Shown here: positions 1 through 7,337 of the stretch, piece by piece
Layout: each line of letters opens with the position of its first letter
How positions within the stretch are numbered: the first letter of the stretch is position 1
Assembly (NCBI GenBank): GCA_040005895.1
Contig: JBDTYE010000005.1
Coordinates: 1 to 24,000 of the forward strand
DNA: 24,000 nucleotides
From: Actinomycetota bacterium
GTDB lineage: Bacteria > Actinomycetota > Actinomycetes > BP-191
Direction: 5' to 3'
Notes under the pieces: generated by a model
The model's database searches: none
What the model was told of the DNA's origin: nothing
Seen by the model: the letters and a program-made list of their open reading frames with translations, nothing else
Program-made: the position numbers and the translations under genes

Positions 1-338
1 TCGCGACCGAGTACGGCTCGCCGAAGTGCATCGTGAAGCTCGGCTGCTGGGGACCAGTCGTGAAGTGCAACGTCCCGAAGCGCGGCTGGATGAACGGGAT
101 GGGCGGCTGTCCCAATGTCGGCGGCATCTGCATCGGCTGCACCATGCCGGGCTTCCCCGACAAGTTCATGCCGTTCATGGACGAGCCGCCGGGCGGCAAG
201 CTCTCGACGACCGCTGTCGGCATGTACGGCGCGACGATCCGCCGGCTGCGGACGATCACCACGAAGACCGTCGACAAGGAGCCCAAGTGGCGGCGCCCCG
301 GTCGAGAGTTGACGACCGGCGCCACCCGGACCTGGTAG
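1..338 (+). CDS. hhyS: [NiFe]-hydrogenase small subunit, C-terminal fragment (5' end outside window)
   Basis: Frame 3 is open from the window edge to TAG 336-338. The translation ATEYGSPKCIVKLGCWGPVVKCNVPKRGWMNGMGGCPNVGGICIGCTMPGFPDKF shows the C-terminal Cys-ligand pattern of hydrogenase small-subunit Fe-S clusters. It sits immediately upstream of the large subunit. Confidence 0.85.
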   Translation, partial: ATEYGSPKCIVKLGCWGPVVKCNVPKRGWMNGMGGCPNVGGICIGCTMPGFPDKFMPFMDEPPGGKLSTTAVGMYGATIRRLRTITTKTVDKEPKWRRPGRELTTGATRTW

Positions 339-385
339 CCGAGCCCTGCCCCCTTTCCTCAGTTTCGGAGATGGAGAAAAGCCGC

Positions 386-2179
386 ATGACGACGACCCTG
401 CCGAATCTTAAAAGCACCAAGGAGAAGGACAAGGGCCTTGTCGAAATGGCGTGGGACCCCATCACCAGAATCGTCGGCAGTCTGGGGATCTACACCAAGA
501 TCGACTTCGCCAACAAGAAGGTGGTGGAGTGCAAGAGCACGTCGTCGATCTTCCGCGGCTACAGCATTTTCATGAAGGGCAAGGACCCACGGGACGCGCA
601 CTTCATCACCAGCCGGATCTGCGGCATCTGCGGCGACAACCACGCGACGTGCTCCTGCTACGCGCAGAACATGGCGTACGGCGTGAAGCCGCCGCACCTG
701 GCGGAATGGATCGTCAATCTCGGCGAGGCCGCGGAGTACATGTTCGACCACAACATCTTCCAGGAGAACCTGGTGGGCGTTGACTACTGCGAGCGGATGG
801 TCGCCGAGACCAACCCGGGAGTGCTCGCGAAGGCCGAGAACACGCAGGCGCCGCATTCGGATGCACACGGCTACCGGACCATCGCCGACATCATGCGGGC
901 ACTCAACCCGTTCACCGGCGAGTTCTACCGCGAGGCCCTGCAGGTCAGCAGGTGGACGCGCGAGATGTTCTGCCTGATGGAGGGCCGGCACGTCCACCCG
1001 TCGACCCTCTACCCGGGCGGCGTCGGCACGGTCGCGACCATCCAGCTGATGACCGACTACATCACCCGGCTGATGCGCTACGTCGAGTTCATGAAGAAGG
1101 TCGTCCCGATGCACGACGACCTCTTCGACTTCTTCTATGAGGCGCTGCCCGGCTACGAACAGGTCGGACTTCGCCGGACGCTGCTCGGCTGCTGGGGTTC
1201 CTTCCAGGATCCGGAGTACTGCAACTTCGCCTACAAGGACATGGAGCAGTGGGGCCGCAAGATGTTCGTGACGCCGGGCGTCGTCGTCGACGGCAAGCTC
1301 GTCACGACCAGCCTGGTCGACATCAACCTCGGCATCCGCATCCTGCTTGGCAGCTCCTACTACGACGACTGGACCGAACAGGAGATGTTCGTCACCAAGG
1401 ACCCGCTCGGCAACCCGGTCGACAGGCGACACCCGTGGAACCAGCACACCAACCCGCGCCCGCAGAAGCGCGACCTCGACGACAAGTACAGCTGGGTGAT
1501 GTCACCGCGCTGGTACGACGGCAAGGACTATCTCGCACTCGACACCGGCGGCGGCCCGCTGGCCCGGCTCTGGTCGACCGCGCTGGCCAAGCTCGTCGAC
1601 ATCGGCTACGTGAAGTCCACGGGAACCAGCGTCCAGATCCACTTGCCTAAGACTGCGCTCAAGGGTCCCGTCGACTTCGAGTGGAAGATCCCGCAGTGGA
1701 GCAACACGATCGAGCGCAACCGGGCCCGCACCTACTTCCAGGCGTACGCTGCGGCCTGCGCACTGCACTTCGCGGAGAAGGCGCTCGCCGAGATCCGCGC
1801 CGGCCACACCAAGACCTGGGAGAAGTTCGAGGTCCCGGACGAGGCGATCGGCTGCGGATTCACCGAGGCCGTCCGTGGCGTGCTGTCACACCACATGGTG
1901 ATCAGGGACGGCAAGATCGCCAACTACCACCCGTACCCGCCGACTCCCTGGAACGCGAACCCGCGTGATTCCTACGGGACTCCGGGACCGTACGAGGACG
2001 CGGTGCAGGACCAGCCGCTGTTCGAGGAGAACGACGTCGAGCACTTCAAGGGCATCGACATCATGCGTACCGTGCGCAGCTTCGACCCGTGCCTGCCGTG
2101 CGGCGTACACATGTACCTGGGCGGCGGCAAGACGCTGAAGAAGATTCACTCGCCGACGATGGCGGCGTCACTCGAGTGA
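386..2179 (+). CDS. hhyL: [NiFe]-hydrogenase large subunit, group 1h/5-like (high-affinity uptake type)
   Basis: N-terminal metal-site motif SRICGICGDNH and C-terminal SFDPCLPCGVH, followed by a 22-aa tail (MYLGG...ASLE, 2111-2176) of the kind removed by the maturation protease. GGAG at 373-376 lies 9 nt upstream of ATG 386. ATG 371 is an alternative start with no spacer to its SD. The track ORF from 26 overlaps the small subunit and is an artefact. Confidence 0.95.
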   Translation: MTTTLPNLKSTKEKDKGLVEMAWDPITRIVGSLGIYTKIDFANKKVVECKSTSSIFRGYSIFMKGKDPRDAHFITSRICGICGDNHATCSCYAQNMAYGVKPPHLAEWIVNLGEAAEYMFDHNIFQENLVGVDYCERMVAETNPGVLAKAENTQAPHSDAHGYRTIADIMRALNPFTGEFYREALQVSRWTREMFCLMEGRHVHPSTLYPGGVGTVATIQLMTDYITRLMRYVEFMKKVVPMHDDLFDFFYEALPGYEQVGLRRTLLGCWGSFQDPEYCNFAYKDMEQWGRKMFVTPGVVVDGKLVTTSLVDINLGIRILLGSSYYDDWTEQEMFVTKDPLGNPVDRRHPWNQHTNPRPQKRDLDDKYSWVMSPRWYDGKDYLALDTGGGPLARLWSTALAKLVDIGYVKSTGTSVQIHLPKTALKGPVDFEWKIPQWSNTIERNRARTYFQAYAAACALHFAEKALAEIRAGHTKTWEKFEVPDEAIGCGFTEAVRGVLSHHMVIRDGKIANYHPYPPTPWNANPRDSYGTPGPYEDAVQDQPLFEENDVEHFKGIDIMRTVRSFDPCLPCGVHMYLGGGKTLKKIHSPTMAASLE

Positions 2180-3114
2180 CCATTGCCGAGCGGACGGGAG
2201 AAGCAACACCGGGCGCTGATCTGCGCGCGGCCGGTGACCGGATCGAACGCCTGCTCGAGGCGAGTTCCACTTCCGGTCCGGTCGCCAGGGAACGCGCGGA
2301 AGAACTGGTCCGCACCGTCGTCGAGCTGTACGGCACCGGGCTCGAGCACGTCATGGAGCTGCTGTACGACGCCGGTGCGCTGTCCGACGAGGTACTCGAC
2401 CGGCTTACGTCCGACGACCTCGTGTCCGGTCTGTTGCTGGTCCATGACCTGCATCCGTACGGTGTGCAGGAACGCGTGCAGCGCGCCCTTGATGCGGTGC
2501 GCCCCTACCTGGGGTCGCACGGCGGCGATGTCGAACTCGTAGGGGTCGCAGCCGACGAGGCCGGTGGCGCCGTCGTACACCTGCGGATGCTCGGGAGCTG
2601 CGACGGCTGCCCGTCGTCGTCGGTGACCCTGAGCCTCGCAGTTGACGACGCGATCAAATCCGCTGCTCCTGAGGTGGTCGCCATCGAGGTCGAGGAGAGT
2701 CCCGCGGCCGCAAAGAAACCGGCACTCATCCCGGCCGATTCGTTGACAGCTCGCCTCCGTGAGCAGTCAGGCGGCGCCACCTGGCTGCCGGTGATTGTGC
2801 CAGAAGCCCCTGGTGTCACGGCGATTGTTGCGGGCGGCCTGGACCTCGTGCTGTGCCGCGTGGGGGACGCCGTGTACGCCTTCCTCGACCGGTGCGGTGT
2901 CTGTGATTCCGGCCTCTCAACAGCCGCTCTCGAGCGACCGCTGGGCTCCCCGCTCGGCGCCGCCGTCCTGACCTGCCCGGCATGTCACGCGCACTTCGAG
3001 GTACACCGCGCAGGCGCGGGTAGCGCCGGCACGGAGGGCAGGCTGGATCCGCTCCCGCTACTCGAGCGCGACGGTGCCATCGAGGTCGCGGTTCCGCGGG
3101 TGGTGCCCGCGTGA
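2176..3114 (+). CDS. Fe-S protein: NifU/Nfu-like domain fused to a Rieske-fold-like C-terminal domain (possible HhyE-type electron-transfer or assembly partner)
   Basis: GTG 2176 overlaps the hhyL stop (GTGA). The Nfu-type segment is VRPYLGSHGGDVELVGV...LGSCDGCPSSSVTL. The C-terminal segment YAFLDRCGVCDSG...LTCPACHAHFEV...DGAIEVAV resembles a Rieske beta-fold but carries CxxC...CxxC. Confidence 0.8.
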   Translation: MTIAERTGEATPGADLRAAGDRIERLLEASSTSGPVARERAEELVRTVVELYGTGLEHVMELLYDAGALSDEVLDRLTSDDLVSGLLLVHDLHPYGVQERVQRALDAVRPYLGSHGGDVELVGVAADEAGGAVVHLRMLGSCDGCPSSSVTLSLAVDDAIKSAAPEVVAIEVEESPAAAKKPALIPADSLTARLREQSGGATWLPVIVPEAPGVTAIVAGGLDLVLCRVGDAVYAFLDRCGVCDSGLSTAALERPLGSPLGAAVLTCPACHAHFEVHRAGAGSAGTEGRLDPLPLLERDGAIEVAVPRVVPA

Positions 3115-3752
3115 CAACCGCGCCGGCCGGACCACTCGGCGTACTCCGCCGGTTGAACACCTCTCGCGCGGACCGCTCCGACCGCGAGCGCTGCGAGATG
3201 TGCGGCGCCGAGATCGCCTCAGAGCACTCGCACGTCGTCAACGTAGGCACTCGAGCACTGTTGTGCACCTGCCGGGCCTGCTACCTGCTTTTCAGCTCTG
3301 ACGACGCCGCGCTCGCGTACCGCGAGGTGCCTGACCGCTACCTGAGCTTCCCTCGGTTCGCGCTGTCGCCGGGACAGTGGGACGACCTGCAGATCCCCGT
3401 CGGCATCGCTTTCATGTTCCACAACTCGGCGATGGGCCGGGTCGTCGCGTTCTACCCGGGACCCGCCGGCGCAACCGAGTCCGAGCTGCCGCTGGAGGGT
3501 TGGACAGCCGTGCCGGCGGCCAACCCCGAACTAGCCGTGATGCGGCCGGATGTCGAGGCGCTGCTGCTGCGCGCGCAGGGAACGGGCGTCGAGTGCTTCC
3601 TGGTCCCGATCGACGCGTGCTACCAGCTCGTCGGCACCTTGCGTCTGCAGTGGCACGGTTTCGACGGTGGAGCCGAGGTGCGGCAGACGCTGGAGGAGTT
3701 CTTCGCAGACCTGCGCAGGCGCAGTCGCCCGGCGCCGGAGGTGGCCCGATGA
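3111..3752 (+). CDS. Hydrogenase-cluster protein of unknown function, N-terminal Cys-rich motif (213 aa)
   Basis: GTG 3111 overlaps the upstream stop (GTGA). High GC3. Motif C28-x2-C31-x20-C52-x-C54-x2-C57 (CEMCGAE...LLCTCRACYLLF, nt 3192-3281). From memory only, unverified: possibly a DUF5947-type family. Confidence 0.8.
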   Translation: MTTAPAGPLGVLRRLNTSRADRSDRERCEMCGAEIASEHSHVVNVGTRALLCTCRACYLLFSSDDAALAYREVPDRYLSFPRFALSPGQWDDLQIPVGIAFMFHNSAMGRVVAFYPGPAGATESELPLEGWTAVPAANPELAVMRPDVEALLLRAQGTGVECFLVPIDACYQLVGTLRLQWHGFDGGAEVRQTLEEFFADLRRRSRPAPEVAR

Positions 3753-4405
3753 CTGACCTGGCCTTTTCAGTCGTCGACGTCGTGCCCGAGCGGTACGCCG
3801 TTTCGCCGCACCTGATGTTCAGGGTGCGGGTGACGGAGAGCAGCGGCGCCGCGGTGCACGCCATCGCCCTGCGGTGTCAGCTGCGAATCGAGCCGGCCCG
3901 ACGACAGTACGCCGCGGGCGAGGCGGACTCGCTGCTCGACCTGTTCGGCGGGCGGGACCGGTGGAATTCGACGCTCAAGCCGTTCCTCTGGGCGGAAACC
4001 AGCGCGATGGTGTCCGGCTTCACCGGCGAGACGACCTTCGAGTTGCCGGTCGCCTGCACCTACGACTTCGACGTCGTCGCCGCCAAGTACCTGGCGGCGC
4101 TGCGCGGCGGCGAGGTCCCGGTGGTGCTGCTGTTCAGCGGCACGGTGTTCACCCGTGGCAGCAGCGGTTTCGGGGTCGAGCGGGTGCCGTGGCATCTCGA
4201 GGCGTCCTACCGGCTGCCGGTGCAGGTGTGGCGCGACCTGATGGACCTCTACTTCCCCGACAGCGGCTGGATCAGGCTGCAGCGGGACAGTCTCGACGCG
4301 CTCGGGAGATTCAAGGCCTCGCACGGGCTCACCTCGTGGGAGCAGGCTGTAGAGCTCCTGCTCGACGGTGCTGCCGAAGTGCCTGGCGGGGTGATCGCGT
4401 CATGA
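3749..4405 (+). CDS. Hydrogenase-cluster protein of unknown function (218 aa)
   Basis: ATG 3749 overlaps the upstream stop (ATGA). The coherent high-GC3 ORF begins MTDLAFSVVDVVPERYAVSPHLMFRVRV. The track ORF extension to 3377 overlaps the preceding gene. From memory only, unverified: possibly a DUF6084-type family. Confidence 0.8.
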   Translation: MTDLAFSVVDVVPERYAVSPHLMFRVRVTESSGAAVHAIALRCQLRIEPARRQYAAGEADSLLDLFGGRDRWNSTLKPFLWAETSAMVSGFTGETTFELPVACTYDFDVVAAKYLAALRGGEVPVVLLFSGTVFTRGSSGFGVERVPWHLEASYRLPVQVWRDLMDLYFPDSGWIRLQRDSLDALGRFKASHGLTSWEQAVELLLDGAAEVPGGVIAS

Positions 4406-5796
4406 CTGTTACGGACGCGCGCCGGGTCGCTGACGCAGTTCTCTACGAGGGCTACCTGTTGTACCCGTACCGCGCGAGTTCTTCGAAGAACCAGGTGCGC
4501 TGGCAGTTCGGGGTCCTCGGTCCGCTCGGCGCGGCGGCAGCCGGCGTCGGTGAGGAGCCCGACCTGCAGGCCGAGATCCCGCTCGAACCGCACGGCTCGC
4601 CGATCGTGCAGGCGCAACTGCGCTTCCTGCACGTGCAGCACCGCGCCGTGCAGCGCTTCGACGGCACGACGTACACGCCGGTCGAAGAACTCCGCGTCGG
4701 CGGCGCCACCTGGATCCCCTGGCATGAAGCTGTCGCGGAGGAGTTCGACCTGCCACCCATGTCACTGGCCGATCTCACCCAAGGTCAGCGGGTTGTCGTT
4801 GCGGTGGAGGGCGGCACGGACGTCGAGCCGTTGTACGAAGCGGACGGCAACATAGTGGGCCGGCTGGTGCGCACCCGGTGGCCGTTGCGCGCTGAAATCA
4901 CGATGTCGGCCCGCTCGGTCACTGAGAGCATGGTGCCGATCGTCCGCGTGCAGGTGCGCAATACCGAGCACTGGCAGGGCGTGGCCGGCGCGGGCAACCG
5001 GATGCACGCCCGCGACGTGGCCGCGAGGACGTCGTTCGTCAGCACGCACCTGCTGCTGTCGGCGCGCGAGGCAGCTTTCATCTCGCCGGCCGATCCGGGG
5101 CCGGAAGCGGTCGACGCGGCAGCCGCCTGCGACAACAGGCGGTGCTGGCCGGTGTTGCTCGGAGATCCGCTGGCGCGCGATCTCGTGCTCATCTCGCCGA
5201 TCATCCTTGACGACTTTCCCGCGGTGTCGAAGGAGAGTCCTGCAGACTTGTTCGACTTGACCGAGATCGACGAGATCCTGACTCTTCGGGTGCTCACGAT
5301 GACCGACGAAGAGAAGGCCGCGGCCCGCGGCACCGATCCGCGGGCAGCCGAGATCGTCGATCGCATCGACGCGATGCCGGCCGAGGAACTCGGGCGTCTG
5401 CACGGCGGCCGGCGGGATGTGCCGGATATGAACGAAGTTCCGACCTTCGCCGAAAGGCAGCCTGACGACTCGACGCCGTGGTGGGATCCGGGCGTCGATG
5501 CCGCAGTCGCGCCGGACCGGGACGCGGTGCGGATCGGTACAGCCCTGGTGCGCAAAGGCAGCCGCGTCGTACTGCGCCCGAGCCGGCGGGCCGACGCCCA
5601 GGATCTGTTCCTGGCCGGGCAGGTCGCAGTGGTGGCCGGCGTCTACTTCGACGTCGACGGTCAGACCCACGTCGCCGTCGTACTCGAGGACGACCCGGCG
5701 GCTGACCTGCACCAGTGGTTCGGCCGCTTCTGGTACTTCGGTCCTGAGGAAATCGAGCCGCTGACGTCACCGCAGGTACCGGACGTGACCAGGTGA
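4402..5796 (+). CDS. Hydrogenase-cluster protein of unknown function (464 aa)
   Basis: ATG 4402 overlaps the upstream stop (ATGA). The ORF begins MTVTDARRVADAVLYEGYLLYPYRASSSKNQVRWQFGV. I can name no recognisable catalytic or cofactor motif. The 3' end overlaps the protease start (GTGA at 5793). Confidence 0.8.
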   Translation: MTVTDARRVADAVLYEGYLLYPYRASSSKNQVRWQFGVLGPLGAAAAGVGEEPDLQAEIPLEPHGSPIVQAQLRFLHVQHRAVQRFDGTTYTPVEELRVGGATWIPWHEAVAEEFDLPPMSLADLTQGQRVVVAVEGGTDVEPLYEADGNIVGRLVRTRWPLRAEITMSARSVTESMVPIVRVQVRNTEHWQGVAGAGNRMHARDVAARTSFVSTHLLLSAREAAFISPADPGPEAVDAAAACDNRRCWPVLLGDPLARDLVLISPIILDDFPAVSKESPADLFDLTEIDEILTLRVLTMTDEEKAAARGTDPRAAEIVDRIDAMPAEELGRLHGGRRDVPDMNEVPTFAERQPDDSTPWWDPGVDAAVAPDRDAVRIGTALVRKGSRVVLRPSRRADAQDLFLAGQVAVVAGVYFDVDGQTHVAVVLEDDPAADLHQWFGRFWYFGPEEIEPLTSPQVPDVTR

Positions 5797-6287
5797 CGGC
5801 GCGCGTCCTCGTCGCCGGCATCGGCAACATTTTTCTCGGCGACGACGGCTTCGGACCCGAAGTTGCCCGGCGGCTTGCGACGCAGCCGCTGCCTGCCGGT
5901 GTCCGGGTCGTCGACTACGGTATCCGCGGCATGCACCTGGCGTACGACCTGCTCGACGGGTTCGACATGCTGGTCCTTGTCGACGCCGTTCCGCGGCGCG
6001 AGCGGCCGGGCGACCTCGTCGTTCTCCAGATCGGACAAGAAGACCTCGGTGAGGGCGATTTCGACGCGCACGGCATGGCACCCGCGGCGGTGCTCGCCGG
6101 GCTCGGCGCACTCGGCGGCGAGCTTCCGCAGCAGACGTACCTGGTCGGCTGCGAGCCCGCGGACGTCGGCGAGCGAATCGGTCTTTCGCCGGCCGTCGAA
6201 GGTGCGATCGACCCCGCCGTCGGCATCGTGATCGACTTGGTTTCGCGCGCGTACGCAACCATCGAAGTAGAGGAGTTCCTGGCATGA
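5793..6287 (+). CDS. hupD: Hydrogenase maturation endopeptidase (HyaD/HupD family)
   Basis: VLVAGIGNIFLGDDGFGPEVARRL...VVDYGIRGMHLAYDLL...LVLVDAV...DAHGM matches the GxGNxxxxDDGxG, D and H metal-binding pattern of large-subunit C-terminal proteases. This is consistent with the cleavable tail on hhyL. Confidence 0.9.
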   Translation: MTARVLVAGIGNIFLGDDGFGPEVARRLATQPLPAGVRVVDYGIRGMHLAYDLLDGFDMLVLVDAVPRRERPGDLVVLQIGQEDLGEGDFDAHGMAPAAVLAGLGALGGELPQQTYLVGCEPADVGERIGLSPAVEGAIDPAVGIVIDLVSRAYATIEVEEFLA

Positions 6288-6403
6288 GAGTTCTCGGATT
6301 GTTCACCGCGGGCATCGTCGGAGCGGCGGCTCTGGTCGGTGTAGCTGTCGGCGTCCGGTCGATTCCCGATATACGCCGCTACCTGCGGATGAGATCCATG
6401 TAG
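6284..6403 (+). CDS. 39-aa predicted single-pass membrane micro-protein (not in supplied ORF track)
   Basis: ATG 6284 overlaps the protease stop (ATGA). GAGGAG at 6270-6275 lies 8 nt upstream. The translation is MRVLGLFTAGIVGAAALVGVAVGVRSIPDIRRYLRMRSM, with TAG at 6401-6403: a hydrophobic helix followed by a basic tail. Confidence 0.65.
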   Translation: MRVLGLFTAGIVGAAALVGVAVGVRSIPDIRRYLRMRSM

Positions 6404-6425
6404 CAACCGGATTCGAGGGTCTGCC

Positions 6426-6821
6426 GTGCACGAGATCAGCTATTGCGAGGGCGTCGCAGACGCCGTGCTGCGCCGCGCGCAGGGTCGGCCGGTGGCGCGC
6501 ATCGGTGTACGAATCGGGGTGGTCCACCGCGTCGTCGCAGCGGCGTTCCAGCAGTCGTTCGAACTCGTCGCCGCCGGCGGACCGGCGGAGGGGGCGACCA
6601 CCGAGTTGGTGGTCGTGCCCGTCAAAGGCAGCTGTCGGGACTGCGGTACGTTGTTCGAGGCCACCGATCCCGCACCGGCGTGCCCTCGCTGCGGCAGTTT
6701 CGATGTCGAGGCGGAAGGCGGCGACGAAGTCGTGCTTGAGTGGATCGAATACCGCGACGTCGAGGTCGAACGCCCGGACGAGCGAGTGCCCGAACACACC
6801 CATCCGGCTGAGGTGGGTTAG
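6426..6821 (+). CDS. hypA: Hydrogenase nickel-insertion protein HypA
   Basis: N-terminal MHE (Ni-binding His2) plus zinc motif CRDCG...CPRCGS. GTG start with GAGGG 6 nt upstream. The protein has a His-containing acidic C-terminal extension. Confidence 0.9.
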   Translation: MHEISYCEGVADAVLRRAQGRPVARIGVRIGVVHRVVAAAFQQSFELVAAGGPAEGATTELVVVPVKGSCRDCGTLFEATDPAPACPRCGSFDVEAEGGDEVVLEWIEYRDVEVERPDERVPEHTHPAEVG

Positions 6822-6823
6822 CC

Positions 6824-7099
6824 ATGTGCCTGGCGATTCCCGGTGAGGTCGTGGAGTTCCTCCCCGACACGGGCGGCCAACTCGCAATGGTCGACGTGGT
6901 CGGCGTGAAGCGGCGCATCAACATCGGTCTGCTCGAGGACGTACCGCTCGACGTCGGCGACTGGGTGCTCATCCACGTCGGCTTCGCGATGAGCAAGGTC
7001 GACGAGCGTGAGGCGGCGGAAGCTCTGTCGATGCTGGAGATGATGGGCCAGACGTTCACGGACGAACTGCAGGCCGTCGCCGAGTCGAGCATCGAATGA
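6824..7099 (+). CDS. hypC: Hydrogenase assembly chaperone HypC
   Basis: Canonical N-terminus MCLAIPGEVV (essential Cys2) and GDWVLIHVGFAM core. 91 aa. Confidence 0.92.
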   Translation: MCLAIPGEVVEFLPDTGGQLAMVDVVGVKRRINIGLLEDVPLDVGDWVLIHVGFAMSKVDEREAAEALSMLEMMGQTFTDELQAVAESSIE

Positions 7100-7332
7100 C
7101 CAGCGAACCTGCCACCTGCGAAGTGACCGAGGGTTGCATCACCTGCGGCGACGTCGCCGTGCCCCTCGTCGTCGTCCAGACGCGCGGTTTTGATGCGCAG
7201 TGTCGCGACGAAAAGGGCCGGACCGAGCTGGTCGCGACCGAGCTCGTCGGCGACGTGCAACCAGGCGACCGGGTGCTCGTGCACGCCGGCGTGGCGATCG
7301 AGCGGCTGTCAGCCGCACCGGCGGGAGGCTAG
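7096..7332 (+). CDS. HypC/HupF-family paralogue with non-canonical N-terminus
   Basis: ATG 7096 overlaps the hypC stop (ATGA). The core GDRVLVHAGVAIERL parallels the HypC GDWVLIHVGFAM, but the N-terminus is MTSEPATCEVTEGCITCGDVAV rather than MC(L/I)xxP. Confidence 0.75.
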   Translation: MTSEPATCEVTEGCITCGDVAVPLVVVQTRGFDAQCRDEKGRTELVATELVGDVQPGDRVLVHAGVAIERLSAAPAGG

Positions 7333-7337
7333 GAGCG

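Noticed and set aside
26-385. N-terminal extensions of track ORFs (26-385 for hhyL, 2089-2175, 3377-3748, 3874-4401, 7200-7337, 7991-8461, 18465-18521, 23814-23891)
   Set aside because: Each extension overlaps the upstream gene or an intergenic region. It is replaced by an internal start with an SD or a 4-nt overlap that yields a canonical family N-terminus.
359-1447. 362-aa minus-strand ORF opposite the hydrogenase large subunit, plus several shorter + and - ORFs between 26 and 2580
   Set aside because: These are shadow ORFs of hhyL with no motifs and Arg/Asp/Val-rich composition. The hhyL frame carries the diagnostic NiFe-site motifs.
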